NCBI GenBank assembly: GCA_024679065.1
Contig: JAGIQG010000012.1
Location: forward strand, 15,996,001 to 16,060,000
Length of the DNA stretch: 64,000 nucleotides
From: Sphyrna mokarran
Taxonomy: Eukaryota
Reading direction: 5' to 3'
A model generated the notes under the pieces. It made no database searches and had not been told where the DNA came from. It saw only the letters and a list, made by a program, of their open reading frames with translations. Positions 13,900 through 26,510 of this stretch are shown piece after piece. Position numbers and translations under genes: made by a program. Numbering within the stretch: position 1 is the first letter of the stretch; every line of letters begins with the position of its first letter.

Positions 13900-14510
13900 C
13901 TTAGCTCAGTTTCTGACCACTCATCATCTCTATTATTAAGACTGCCTACTTCCAAGTCTACGACAGCACATTCCTGTCCCACTTTGGTCCATCTACTGCT
14001 GAAACACTAATCCTTTTGTTACCTCTCTACTCAACTACTTCAATCCTCTGCTAGTCGGCCTCTCATCTTCTGTTAACTCAAGCTCATCCAAAGTTTTGCT
14101 GTCGATATCCCGAATCATAGCAAGTCTGGCTTCTGTTGACCTACATTGGTTCCCAGTCTAACAACAAGTATCAGCAGTTTTGGAATTCATATCCTTGTGA
14201 TCAAATCCTACATTGGTCATACCCTTCCTCCACTATATAACCTCTTCCAGCTGTACAATTGTCTCATGGGCTCTTAAATATCTTGATTTCCGTTGCCCAT
14301 CCATTGATGGCTTAGCCTTTAATTGCCTATGCTCTAAGCTGGTACTCCCTTTCAAAACATCTTTGTTATTTCTACCCCTCTTGCATCTGTGATGATCTTT
14401 AAAAGCTACCTCTTTGATCAGGCTTTCTGTTACCCAAAGTAAACACCTTATGTGGTTCAATGTCAATTAGCAGCTTTGGTCATTTTATTAGGTTGAAGTT
14501 GCTAAACAAA
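13900..14510 (+). mobile_element. L2-type LINE 3' fragment
   Basis: 'aagactgcctacttcc...ctgctgaaacactaatcc..tttgttacctct..actcaactacttcaat' is a decayed AETLIHAFVTSRLDYSN-type motif. Confidence 0.65.
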
Positions 14511-15669
14511 AAGTTGCTAAAATTGGTTCCCAGCTGATGACAAAGAATTGGCTGGAGGACAACAGAAATGCTGGAGACAATTGGAGCAGCTTTGGGAACA
14601 AATTGGATCTCTATGTGGAACGTGGTTCTGCACGTGCAATGGAAAGTTGAGGAGGATGAGAGAAAATTTGGTATAGAAGCTCAGCATGGAAGGATGCAGT
14701 AGCCCTTCATAAGCAAACTAGGAGTGAGGCTTCTGGTAGATTAGCTGGTATCAGAATAAAAATCAGATGAAGTCACTTCAGAACAGAAAAGGTGATTTTT
14801 ATACTTAATTTAGAACTAACTTTTCATACATGTAAAAATCTGATAAAAGATGTACTTTGAACATAAATTTCTTACTAAGAATATTAAGTAGAATAAAGGA
14901 TGAGAGAATATGTTCCTTGACTGAGTCATTTAAATGGCCTCCATCTAGATTCTATCTTTATGTGTGAACAAGTTTGAAATGAACAAGTCAAGGGGAAAAT
15001 AAATTGATTGAAGCCAAATATTTTATAACCAAGTGAAAGAAAATAATTCAGATAGTTATATATCTAGATACATGTATAAATGTGATGGTTTAAGTGAGAT
15101 TTTATTGAACTAGAACATTACAAAGACTGGCTGATGTGCAATATCATTTTAAAATCTTCCAATCTGTGACAACATTTTCAATTTTAAACCCACATTTAGT
15201 GAAAACTGCTAATGTAAACTTGCCAAGTTTTGATTACATCCTTCCCAGCAATGCAGCCCCAATACATGTGAGCAAATGTTGTACAATATGGTGTGTTTAC
15301 ATCAACAGTTTTTAATATGGATTATAGACATAGCAACTTATGACAAACATGAAAAAAGGACTGTACTAACGCAAGATGAGAACTGAATTATATCTGTGTG
15401 CCCTGGTTCAATTATCTCCCATCCTCTAACCCACCTGAGCTCACGACTGCACTTGGTCTGACTCTCTGTATGCAATGCCAAGAGAGATCAACCAGCATAG
15501 ATTTATATTACAGTTTGAATACTAAGTGCCACATATTCTGTTACAGCTTTCCAATAGACATATGGCTACTCACTGGGAAGCAGGAAGTGCTCTTCTGTTA
15601 CCGGTATTTAACAATTTGGTTGCACTGATAATTTTCATTTCTTGCAATAATCAGTGCCGTGAACCATAT

Positions 15670-15978
15670 GGGCCGCACGGTGGCACAGTAGTTGGCACTG
15701 CTGTCTCACAGCACCTGGGACCTGGGTTCGATTCCCAGCTTGGGTCACTGTCTGTGTAGAGTCTGCACGGTCTCCTTGTATCAGCATGGGTTTCCTCCGG
15801 GTGCTCCAATTTCCTCCCACAGTCCGACAGACGTGCTGGTTAGGTGCATTGGCCATGCTAAATTCTCCCTCAGTGTATCCGAACAGCTGTTGGAGTGTGG
15901 CGACTAGGGGATTTTCACAGTAACTTCATTGCATTGTTAATGTAATCCTACTTGTGACATTAATAAATAAAATTAAAA
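15670..15978 (+). mobile_element. Full-length tRNA-derived V-SINE (HE1-related head, distinct tail)
   Basis: A box 'ggtggcacagtagttgg', B box 'gggttcgattcc', V-domain 'gggtttcctccgggtgctccaatttcctcccacagtcc', tail 'cttgtgacattaataaataaa'. Confidence 0.85.
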
Positions 15979-16529
15979 AAACAGTTTCTACCAGAGAGAT
16001 CCTCAGTTGAGGTCAATCACCTCATCTGAAAAGAGGCAAACCACCAAATATCAAGCAATATCATCTACCAATTAACTGATTTAAAACTGAACTAAAATAG
16101 ACATGTAAAAAACGTTATACCATCTGAATCATTAGGAAAACATTCAATTATATGCTAATAAATTGGTTTCACAACTGTTGTACAGAATTGCGTTCTATCA
16201 GGTACCTGTAAAATCATCTGCCTATACATATCCTATAAAAAAAACTAACATCTTCATTAATATAATTATTTTGATTTAAAAAAAGCAAGATCTGGGAGAT
16301 AAAGCAATTAAAATAGTTCATCTGTAGTTCAGTCTGAGATTACAGCGATCCCTACTGAATAAAGAGTGATCAATCACAATCATGCACTGCGTTCCCAGAT
16401 CAGAAACAGCCCAAAGCACAGTGTGGATTAGAAAAGCCACCAAGCAAGGTGCTTTGATTATCTGTTTGCATTTTGGTTAGTGCTTCAGAAAGAAAGGCAT
16501 TAGCAAAATATGGAATTGTCACATCATAC

Positions 16530-16577
16530 CTATATCAGATACTACGGTCTTGGAAAACTTTCTGCTTTTGTGTTTCA
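16530..16577 (-). CDS. STXBP5: STXBP5 alternative exon (b-tomosyn region), 48 nt: VKHKSRKFSKTVVSDI
   Basis: Boundaries atgcttttccag|TG...ATAG|gtatga; matches recalled VKTKSRKFSKMVANDI; phase 1 to 1. Confidence 0.9.
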
Positions 16578-16676
16578 CTGGAAAAGCATAATGTTTTATA
16601 TGTAAATAAAAAGAAAAATACTGATACAGAAGAAAAATCTGAACTGAAATGATATTGTACCATAATAATACTGTAC

Positions 16677-16736
16677 CCCTTTCTATAAAGTTAGGCATTT
16701 TTTGTTCATCTTCAGAATTGCATGAAGAGGTAGAAC
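16677..16736 (-). CDS. STXBP5: STXBP5 alternative exon (b-tomosyn region), 60 nt: GSTSSCNSEDEQKMPNFIER
   Basis: Boundaries cccgtatag|GT...AGGG|gtacag; matches recalled GSSSPHNSDDEQKMNNFIEK; phase 1 to 1. Confidence 0.9.
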
Positions 16737-18061
16737 CTATACGGGAATACATTGACAATATATTAAATAAAAAAAAACAGCACAAACATTTAATCTTCCT
16801 CCAACTTAATCCAGGTTTAAATGTGCAAGGTGCAAATGTGCTTTATTTCAATCAGCCCCATGTTAAGACACTCTAATGAGATACCCATGTTTCTGTACAG
16901 AAGGACACACTTCAGCAATTCAGAAACAACCATCTCCCTACCCCTACATCATTCTGTTCCTCTTCCGGCATCAAGTGCGATCTGACTGTACCATGCACAT
17001 TTTTAGAACTTATTTTAAGCATTAGCATAAGCCACTTCCAATCCAGTCACCTGACATTCAGGTAAATTACCCCTCAAATAGTCATGCATTTTTATTGCAA
17101 AAAAAATCCAAAATTTCTCTGAAGGGCGAGTCTATTCAGAATATTTGATCTTTTATCAGCTTCTCCCATTTTACTTGGGGTTGCTACAATGCCGGTCGAT
17201 TACCCTTCTCCATTTCTTTCCGTCAGTCATCCATTCTTTTTCCAGCCTGTTGTGTTTAAGTCTCCCGCCACTGTATTCTTCCAGCTGCTGTCAGGTTTTC
17301 CTCCTTTCTGTTTGTCTCATCTCCATCACGGATCTCACAACATGTCCTCCCTCTCTATGCAGCGTACGACCATATCATTTCAATCTCCTCTTGGCTACTT
17401 TCTTTGTTACTTCCATAATCTTTACTAATCCATTGATGTGCTGGTTCCTGATCTCTGCTTTTTCATTAGAACATTTAATTACAAGCTAATCTCATTAAAA
17501 TGTAACAAAAGAAGCTGTGTTACACCTTTAAGATTAGATCAAAATGTGGGGGACAGAAACACTCCTCTCCTGAAGGAACTGACTCCTTATTCATTACTGT
17601 CCAGCAGGAACCATCTACTAGCTCATCCATTTGCTCATCATTCATGTGAGAGACTTAACAGTGAGAACCATCAACAGCAAGTGCTCTTTGATTATGAGGG
17701 ATGTCAGCCACCAGCTTGATTCTTCCTTGGCATGATATCTTCACACAAATATCCCTGTCAGAGGATGATGACTAACCATCAGGGGCCATGAGGTTCATTA
17801 ACTCAACACTGTGAGAATCAAAACTGCAACCCTTGTGATCTAAATGGTGAGCTGTCTTAATCAGCGGAGGAAAAGATGCTCTGTAAATCTAAATATTAAT
17901 CTTTGAAGGAATACCATTCACATTAATTTGCTAACTAAAGCCAATATTTTTTCTAAATAGAAAGCCTCTCTCTGCTACTACTTGCATCAGAAGCAATGGG
18001 TGAACATACTTAAAGTACCCAATATACTGGGTACGTTGAGTATATATTCAATATACTCAGA

Positions 18062-18290
18062 GTAGCAGGTGCCTAGAACTCATTGCTTTGGGGGAAGGGG
18101 GGGGTCGGTGATATTGAAGTGGATACTGTACTGACTTTTAAGAGGTGTCTTGACAAGTACACAAATAGGTGGGAATAAAGGGATATGGTCCCCACAGGGG
18201 TAGGAGACTTTTAGTTAAGTTGGGCAGCATGGTTGTGCAGGTTTGGAGGGCCGAAGGGCCTGTTCTTGTGCTATAATTTTCTTTGTTCTA
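18062..18290 (+). mobile_element. CR1 3'-end fragment
   Basis: 'gggcagcatggttgtgcaggtttggagggccgaagggcctgttcttgtgctataattttctttgttct'; same family as 47910-49030. Confidence 0.75.
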
Positions 18291-21129
18291 AAATAATTCT
18301 AATCCCAACATCTCGGTTGCAGATTCTTCCACCAACAATGATTCTCACCAGCCAGCTGGGCTTGGGTCGCAGCAGTGTAGTATTTATGTTCATTGGCTGT
18401 GCAAGTTCAAATTTGCACCATCTCTTGGCAGTTTGAGAATATAAATTTTAAAACGTAGAAATAAAAGTGGTATCGATAAAAGTGACCATGAACTGTCAGA
18501 CTACTGTTAAAAACCCAATGCATTCACTCACGTTTTTAGGGAAAAAAGCCTGTTGTTCTGGTCTGGTTTATATGCAAGTCAGTCAGTGCCAGAAAAAGAT
18601 TGGTTAATATGTCTTTTCCATTTTCAGAAATGCAGAACTGCTCTGCTGGCCTTGCCATTTCTTATCTTTATTATTTATTTAACAGCAATAGCTCCAGTAA
18701 GAGTCAACGCATCATGAACCAGTACGCTTTAACAGAAATGACAATGTCAGGGACACAAATCTCTATAGAATCTCAATAGAAGTATAACACAGCAACACGC
18801 ATCATTTGTGATCAGAGATGCACTATTGTCTCTGCAGTTACGCAAGACAAACACATTTTAATTCAGCACTAATCGTAAACTGAATGCAATGCAACATATT
18901 CCAACATAGCTATAATAGTGTACATACATGGATGACAGATGAGACATTAAGCCAAGATTCCATGGCATTATTTCTCCCATTTTCTGGTTACCACCCCTAA
19001 AAAAGATTCAGCTGCTTATCTTCTCACACGCAACCTTGGTGCACTCAAACTAGCTGTCTACATAACAGTGACTTCAGATCATAAGCATCTTTGATTCACT
19101 GCAAATATCTCAGAACATCCTGAAGGTATGAAGTACGCTCTACAAATCTAAAATCTTTTATTACCTGTATTTTGCTAGTGTTAAGCTGTAATACATGAAG
19201 ACAATAAAAAGCATAACACATTAATATGCAAGAGGGGATTAGAAAACTGTGGATCTCAGTTACGTTACAAGATAAAACAAGAATGCAGACGATCAGAAAA
19301 AGAACAACAAAAAGACTAGCAAGTGGAACGTAATAATAAAAAGACTATTCACACTTAGGAATCTTCTATTGGACAATTCAGTGTATCAGAAAGTAAGCTA
19401 TTTTAAAATTAATAAGTGCCTTGTCCAAATAACTTGTATCTTTGAGTCTTTCAGACAAGACATCAAACTGGGCCCCAGCATTCTTTTCGTGATAATGGAT
19501 AAAATTGCACAACACTGAGGAGAATTTAGAAATTCTCCTCGATGTTGTGTTCCAATATGTATCCCTCGATCAACATCACTAGAACAGTTCAACTGGTCAT
19601 TATTGCATCATTGTTTGTGGGATGCTGCTTTGCGTTAAATGGTTGCTACATTTTCTACACTATAACATAACTATAAAGCACTTTGAAACTTCTGTAAAAG
19701 CACAGGTCCTCTATTCTTAAGGCATCAGGACGTGACAAATCTTTAACTACATCCACTCCCATATTTCCTGAAGGCATCAACTCCTTTGCTGATTAGGGTC
19801 CTGCAAGCACATTCCTTCTCTGGAGAAATGGGGAATGAAATTAGTATCAATTGCATTTCACTGGAACGTAAAGTGTTCCACGGGTGAAAATGCTTTTGAC
19901 AAGGTGTTGCCAATGAAAAAGCATAAGAGAAAATTCCGACACTAATGGGACTACTAAACACAAGCCAACAAATCAAACATTAGGGGTCTAGCACCACTGT
20001 ATTCTGACAAAGAAAGGCAGTCAGCAAAAGACTGGAGGGCAAACAATAGGTAACTAGAAAAACAGAATACTGCAGATGCCAGCAACAACTGGCACTGATA
20101 TGAGGGGATTTAGAAAAATGTAACTGGGCCAAGATCTTTTCAATATACTAAAGTAAAATCCAATGCAACATAATAATTGGGACCCAAGACAAATCTAAGT
20201 TCTTAAGATATTTGAATATTTCAGAATCATGGAGAATATTGTTTAATATTCCTTCTTCCCTTTTTACCTGGCTTCACAAACATTGCTCCCCATTTCATTC
20301 TCTTTTACCAAGATAAGAATTCATCATTTTCCATCAATATTACCTGCTGGCTTTGGTTCATTAAGGATTCTCTCCTTAGGTACTTTATCAAAGGCTTTGA
20401 GAATCTTGGTAAACTACAAAATGTTAGCTTTTTGCATTTCCTATTGTGTGTATATTTTTACCAACTCAAAAAATTCTTCAACTTACAAAACTTAAAAAAA
20501 TGTCCTTAGACAGTTATTGTGTAGAACTATTACGGAAAAATTATAAATACCCTAAAAAAATGATCTACAATTCCTGCCAAAAAGAAAGTTGGCACTCAAT
20601 GCAGACCAGCATTGTGACAACAGTCTCATCGATTTAAGCTTAATCCAGTTAGGCTTCAGACAATCCCAAGGTTTCCCAGGACTAACTAGGCCACAATTAC
20701 ATTAATTACCTCTGTCCCCCTCAGCTGATGATGGGCAAAAGTTGAATGTGGGCAACAGAACAAAGTGAGGTTATTCCATGAGGAAGGCAACCATCATGAC
20801 TGCTGGCAATTACATCAAGTTCAAAACCCACAAGGACACAGACATTCAACATGGATGGAGCACATTGTTAAGAAAACAAAAATGTTTTGGAACTGGGGAT
20901 CTGACCATGCAGACCAGAACATTCTGTTACGACAAGCGCAAAGGGTTGTTGATTAAAATAAGGAAAAGATGATCAAAGGAAAAATAGTCTTGACAGTGCA
21001 TTAAGGCGGCAACACCTGGACACCATTACTAAAGCAAGAAGCTGTGGAAATTGGAATCCTTCCAATCCCCTTCTAAAGGGACCCTATGCAATACCCTGCT
21101 CCGATTCTCCATCATCCCCAACAACAAAC

Positions 21130-21860
21130 TAACCTATTTTTCTTTCAACCGCAGGAGGTACAACATTTGCCCCTTTGATCTCTTCCCATCCTGCAAGGTC
21201 CCAAAACACTCCTTCCATGTATAACACCTATTAACTTGTGTTTCACCCAATTTATTCTACTATTTTCAAAGCTGACCACGTGGTCTCTTCCACACTGGGA
21301 AGACCAAATGCACACAAGGTTGCATTTGTAGAACGTCTTTGTACAGCTGGCAAACGTGATCCCAAAACTTCTGATCGTTTTAATTCCCCACCTTCCTCCC
21401 ACTCTGATCTGGCTGTCCTTGGAACTTGTAATGTTTTGAAGAAGCTCAATGCAAGTTGGAGAACTTTTTCATGTCTGGACACTTTACAGCTTATTAGACT
21501 TGCTGCATTCAAAAAAATTTAGTTCATAATCTCTGACCTCTCATTTTTTCCACTACTTTCCCCTGTTCCTTTCCTTGACATTCATTCCTCCGGACATACC
21601 TGTGTTTCCTTACTATTCTCATTACCACTCCCATTAGCCAAGCATCATGAATCCCACTGCCATTTATCCTCCATCCCATCACAGATCTACATTTTAGTTT
21701 TTTCACCCACCCTCCTCTCTTTCACCTGCTCAAAATCGATCACATTTCTAAATTTTCCCAGTTCTGATGAAATTTCACAAACCTCAAACTTACCTTTGTT
21801 TCCCGCTCCACAGATGTCGTCAGGCTTGCGGAATAGTTCCAGCATTTTCTATTTTTATTA
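21130..21860 (+). mobile_element. Penelope-like element 3' fragment (decayed GIY-YIG region plus terminal repeat)
   Basis: Decayed 'YCI.CSRCGL.Y.G.TK.....F.EHL....HFNSPP.SHSDL.VLG' coding remnants, then 'gttctgatgaa...tccacagatgtcgtcaggcttgcggaatagttccagcattttct'. Confidence 0.7.
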
Positions 21861-22924
21861 TAATTGGGTAACATTGGCAGACAGAAGACAAAAATGGGTC
21901 AGATAACCATGGATGCAATAGCTGCACCAATATTTCTCACCAGAATGGGGATCAATACTTAATTCCTTCATTAGTGCTGTAAGTGACTGGAATTGATTGT
22001 AAGCATGTCCATGCTCCATTTACTTCATTTTGCAGGAGATACAGCTTGCTTTTATTAGAAGAAGTTGCTGCAGTTTCAACTACAAATTCTGTTTGCTGAA
22101 GTTTAGGAGAGGCTGTCTTTAAATTGAATCTGTAAATAAACTGTGTTTGCTTTGCTGCGACATACACAACTTTGCTGTCGTTCCAGTGCTCACCTCTAAC
22201 TCAATGACTGATACTGTACTACGAACAGAACATTTCACTCACCACCTACTTTTTTCTGACTGCTAAAAAATAAATAATAAATCTGACAAAATTGATCCAG
22301 AATAAATAACTGGAATCTGAAGCATTATTTGAATTGTTTTGTTGTACAGAATTTTGTAGGAAAATGGTATGCAAACACAAACTTTAAGAATCACAGAAAG
22401 CAAGTGACAGATAAATCTTAATTAGGTTTTATTGTAATTCAGAATGAGTATTAACTGGGCGCAAACGTTGGATAAAAACTATCCTCCTCTGTCACTGTTG
22501 TGTTAATTGCTTTGTCAGGATATCTTAAGATTCAAACTTTCTTTGGTGGCTTATACAGGAGATTGCAACAGAACATTATCTCAGGATTAATCCAGAATGT
22601 CTGTTGTACCATGGTCACTCAGATTGGATTATTCTTCTATTTGAGGGCAAACCATCATGAATTTATTTTAGAATGAAACATAAAACTGGGATTCCACTGT
22701 TTATTTTCATATTACTCTTTAGCTACACACCATGAAAATGTTGGGTGACGAGATATCATTTAAAATGATTTAGGTGTGCAACACTAGATTCTATCAATCA
22801 ACAAACCACTTTCACGACTATCCACTGCTGCTCCTTGCATCCTTTTGTGCAAATACAAACACCACATTTTCAATTAATCTATTCCCTGAAAATAAAATTC
22901 CCATAAACTCACTGACACACTTAC

Positions 22925-22987
22925 CTGATGTGGGAGATTTGCAGCGGTCATCTAAAGTTGTAGAACCCTCATTGATATCACAGAGAC
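22925..22987 (-). CDS. STXBP5: STXBP5 exon, 63 nt: (G/S)LCDINEGSTTLDDRCKSPTS
   Basis: Boundaries ctttctttgtcag|GT...TCAG|gtaagt; matches recalled mammalian GLCDISEGTVVPEDRCKSPTS; phase 1 to 1. Confidence 0.93.
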
Positions 22988-24314
22988 CTGACAAAGAAAG
23001 TCAGCACGTTACCACAAAGAATACAATGATAAGGGGGTTAAGTTTGCATTTGTTAAACTCCATTAATGCAGAAGAACATCTCAAGTCATTTCAGAGCCAA
23101 AATAGGCAAAAATGGACAGAAATAATTGCTCAAGAAAACAAAGTTACTCCAGAAAGCATTTGGATCACAAAGGATCAGAATTTCATCACAGTGCTATGGG
23201 AATAAATGGGATGCCCGAGCAGCATAATGTCAATGTCTGTGGAACATCTCATTTTGAGATGGAGAACAGGTCAGCGAAACCAGAAGGGTTTCATAAGCCT
23301 ATTACAATCAATCAGAAAAGGCTTCTTTTTTTAAACTCCATTGCAGCAAAATTTTAAAATCCCTCAAATGAAGTATTTTATCTTTTTTTGATTCTTACAC
23401 CTGCCTAATGGACTGGGAGAACATTGCTGCATGACTGTACTTGAGGAGGAAACATTGGTGAGATTCTTATTGCACTTAGAAAGTACATCAAAATCCAGTT
23501 TCTTCGATTCAAATCCATTCTTTCTGAACATTAATGCAGCCAGAGTCCATCCCCTTGCTACATTAATTCTCCCGTCAATCTATTCTTATGATAAACTCTC
23601 ACATTGGAATGCATTCATCTAGTATGTAATGTCTTCAATCAAAGCCAAGCTTCTTCGCTACATTAATTATGCCATCAAAGCAAATCATTTTGTATAGTAA
23701 TTCATCTAAAAACCCACCTCTCTCATGCAATACTCATCCTATTGAAGCCCATCCCACCAGGGCATTTAATTCCCAAAATCCTTATCGCATGATGGCAGTC
23801 CAAGGTAACTTTTAATCATTCTAAAGTAGAATGCGTATTCTATTTGCCCGACAACACATTTCACCCCGGAGCCAGATCATAAATGAAAATGTACATTTAT
23901 GCACGCATCGCACAAAGCCACACGGTACAAATGCAGGGATCTTGTAACTGAACAGCTAGCATCTCCCTGCCCTTCAATGAACTTTGGGTAGAACTCTCAA
24001 AAGTCTGCATCATACTAGATATTCAGATTTAGACTCCTATTTCTCTTTCTAGTGCAACCAGCTAATCTACAGTACCGAATACATGCCAGGGCAATACAGT
24101 GGAAGTCTATCCTCATGTATCAAAGAATATTGTGAAGCAATGTTGGAATTTACAGAACAAAAATGTATTTTCACAACACTCCCAAAATATAGCATGATGA
24201 TATCTGTCCTATCTGACAATACAGTGCAATGTTCCTGAACTTGTATCTCATGTTTTTTTGTTGCATGAATTCCTGAATCTCAACAGGCAGAACCTACCAA
24301 CGTTAAGTTATAAT

Positions 24315-24430
24315 ATGGCAATGCCAGTGTTGGACTGGATGGGCACATAAGAAGTCTCACATCAGGTTAAAGTGCAAGAGGTTTAGAAAAATAAACCTCT
24401 TGCACTTTAACCTGGTGATAAGAGACTTCT
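24315..24430. repeat. Fold-back fragment of a Penelope-like terminal repeat; 23-bp perfect hairpin
   Basis: caggttaaagtgcaagaggttta-gaaaaa-taaacctcttgcactttaacctg (24363-24414); same family as 60780-61347. Confidence 0.8.
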
Positions 24431-25085
24431 AAGGCTTCTTGAACAATTCATAAAGCTTGTGTTCGAAGTGACCATAAAATTTAAAAAAAAACACACTAAA
24501 TGTGGTTACTTAAACAGACAACCACGATCAGTGAAGAAAACAGAATGTTTAGTCAGAGTCCAAAGACTGAATCAGGAGAAAAGAGCACAGAAGCCTAGTC
24601 TCTTCAATATTGAAAGAAGACAAACCAAACTAAAATAGATGTTACCATTAAAATGCTAACTCCTCCAGTGGTCTAATGATATGCTGCCAGCAAACATTTG
24701 GGCTGGACTGATCATTAAATTTTTGCTGATCTGTCTGTTTTATGAGGCCAATACAGGTGGTTGATAATATAAGAGACAGCAAATGTTGACTCTCTGCCAA
24801 ATAGAATATTCTCCATTGAAGCTTCAGCTTCTTATCTTTAATAAAACTGCTCAACCTATTTAACACAAGTACCCTCTTATAGAGCAGCTACTGAACCAAA
24901 GTCACTCAAGAGCAGCTCCAAGCATTATGCAACCAAAGCGTGCTGCTGTAGTAAACTATTTTTAATAGTTTATGTGCAAAGATAAAAGGGACCCATTGCA
25001 AATGATTTCAATAGCCGATGCCATGTATAGTAACTTCAAAATCCAAACACAAGACAGAAGTTTGTATCAGCGCGAGATGACTTAC

Positions 25086-25169
25086 TTAGATACGAAGAGC
25101 GTAGTCTTTTCACAGACTCAGAATATAAACTAGAAAGACCACACATGCAAGAAGTCACCGTCAGCATGC
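25086..25169 (-). CDS. STXBP5: Probable alternative STXBP5 exon, 84 nt: GMLTVTSCMCGLSSLYSESVKRLRSSYL
   Basis: T-rich tract then catcctaag|GC...CTAA|gtaagt; phase 1 to 1, stop-free; resembles the recalled STXBP5L segment 'DFCMRGLSNFYPDLTKRIRTSYQ' at the equivalent position. Confidence 0.75.
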
Positions 25170-26364
25170 CTTAGGATGCAGTAGAAAAAAAAAGCACAAC
25201 ACCAAAATAATAATTTGGCTGTAATAACCTGCAGAACAAAACTTAGAACACAGCAACAGATAACGCAATCTGTATAAAGACAGAAAATTAAAATCAGAAA
25301 TCACTGGGGCTATTTCCACATGATATTTTTATGACCCCAAAATAATATTCATGACATGTAGGAAAATCACATGCTAGAGTTCAAGCCATGAAGACAAACA
25401 CACAGTCATTCAGAAGAATGCAGGATATTAAAGAAAAAACCTTTTGGTTCCATAAGCTGAATGTCAGCTGATATGTATTTAATGTGTATGTTAAAAGTTA
25501 CTGAAGAATTTCAAGTTACTGAATTATAGAAGATGGAGATAAAATAAAATTAACAACATGTGAAGAGGAACTCAGTGCAGTAGGTAAGTCATCTTGCAAA
25601 AAGGCTGTTTTTGAAAATGCTCTAAGTGAACAGCGAGTGGGATTGCTCCCAAGGATGGTGGACATGATGGACTGAATGGCCTGCACCTCTGTTCTGCAGA
25701 TTTCTAGGTCTATGTTGAGAAGCAAGGCTGCTCCAAAGCTAGAAGTAGAAAATGACAATCCTCACAATTATGTTAAGTGGAAGCTGGGTCTGGGTAACAT
25801 GACACAGAAGCAGCAGATACAGAGAATATGTAAAATTATGTCCTTCCTCACAGGTGGTCAAAAGTATCCTTCCCACAGTTTTGTGTTCTCTTGCTGGAAT
25901 ACCCCGATTTACTTTCAAGTATGTTTTAAGGTTACCTAATTTTTTACACTTCAACTAGATAATCTCCTTTTGAAGGCTAAAAGCACTCCAAGATTCCCTG
26001 TTCTTCCTCTAAAACTGAGGATCACCCTCCTGTCTCTTTGCAATGTTTCCCTCTCTTGTTGACCCAGAGTGAACTCAGTACTCAAGATTTGTCCATAATC
26101 AGAAACTGTTCAATCTCAGAACCATATAGTCTCTTTGCATTCACTGAAGGAGTGATACAATTCAGCACTTTACTCATTGCATTCATTGCTCCTCCGCAGT
26201 GATGGTAAATGTTAATCTATAAGCAGTTACACATTTTTTTCTGTTTTTGCTTTAGTTGTTTCTTTTGTACCATATAAGCAAAGGGGGCCATTCCTGTGTT
26301 GCCTCTATAAAGAACTATCCAAGTAGTCTCATCTCTGGTGCCTTTTCAAGTCAATACTACTCAG

Positions 26365-26510
26365 CATATATTTTGGAATGTGGGAGGAAACCGGAAACTC
26401 ATGCTGACATGGGGAAAACGTGCAAACTCCACACAGACAGCAACCCAAGCTCGGAATCAAACCAGGTCCCTGGCACCATGAGGCTAACCACTGTGCCACC
26501 ATGCTGCCCC
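26365..26510 (-). mobile_element. HE1-like V-SINE fragment
   Basis: 'tttggaatgtgggaggaaaccgg...tgcaaactccacacagacag...gctaaccactgtgccaccatgctgccc'. Confidence 0.8.

Noticed and set aside
15670-15750. tRNA gene (A and B boxes present)
   Set aside because: It continues into a V-domain and SINE tail and has related copies in the window, so it is a SINE head rather than a tRNA.
16206-16232. Possible 12- or 27-nt microexon ending in CAG|gtacct
   Set aside because: The donor is weak, several AGs compete, and the 27-nt form contains a stop.
19165-19185. 21-nt AG...GT microexon candidate (CTTAACACTAGCAAAATACAG)
   Set aside because: It has an immediate in-frame stop, and its donor (gtaata) coincides with the tail of a degenerate SINE, so it is likely chance.
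22774-23205. 143-aa plus-strand ORF
   Set aside because: It overlaps the 63-nt STXBP5 exon on the opposite strand and has no recognisable domain.
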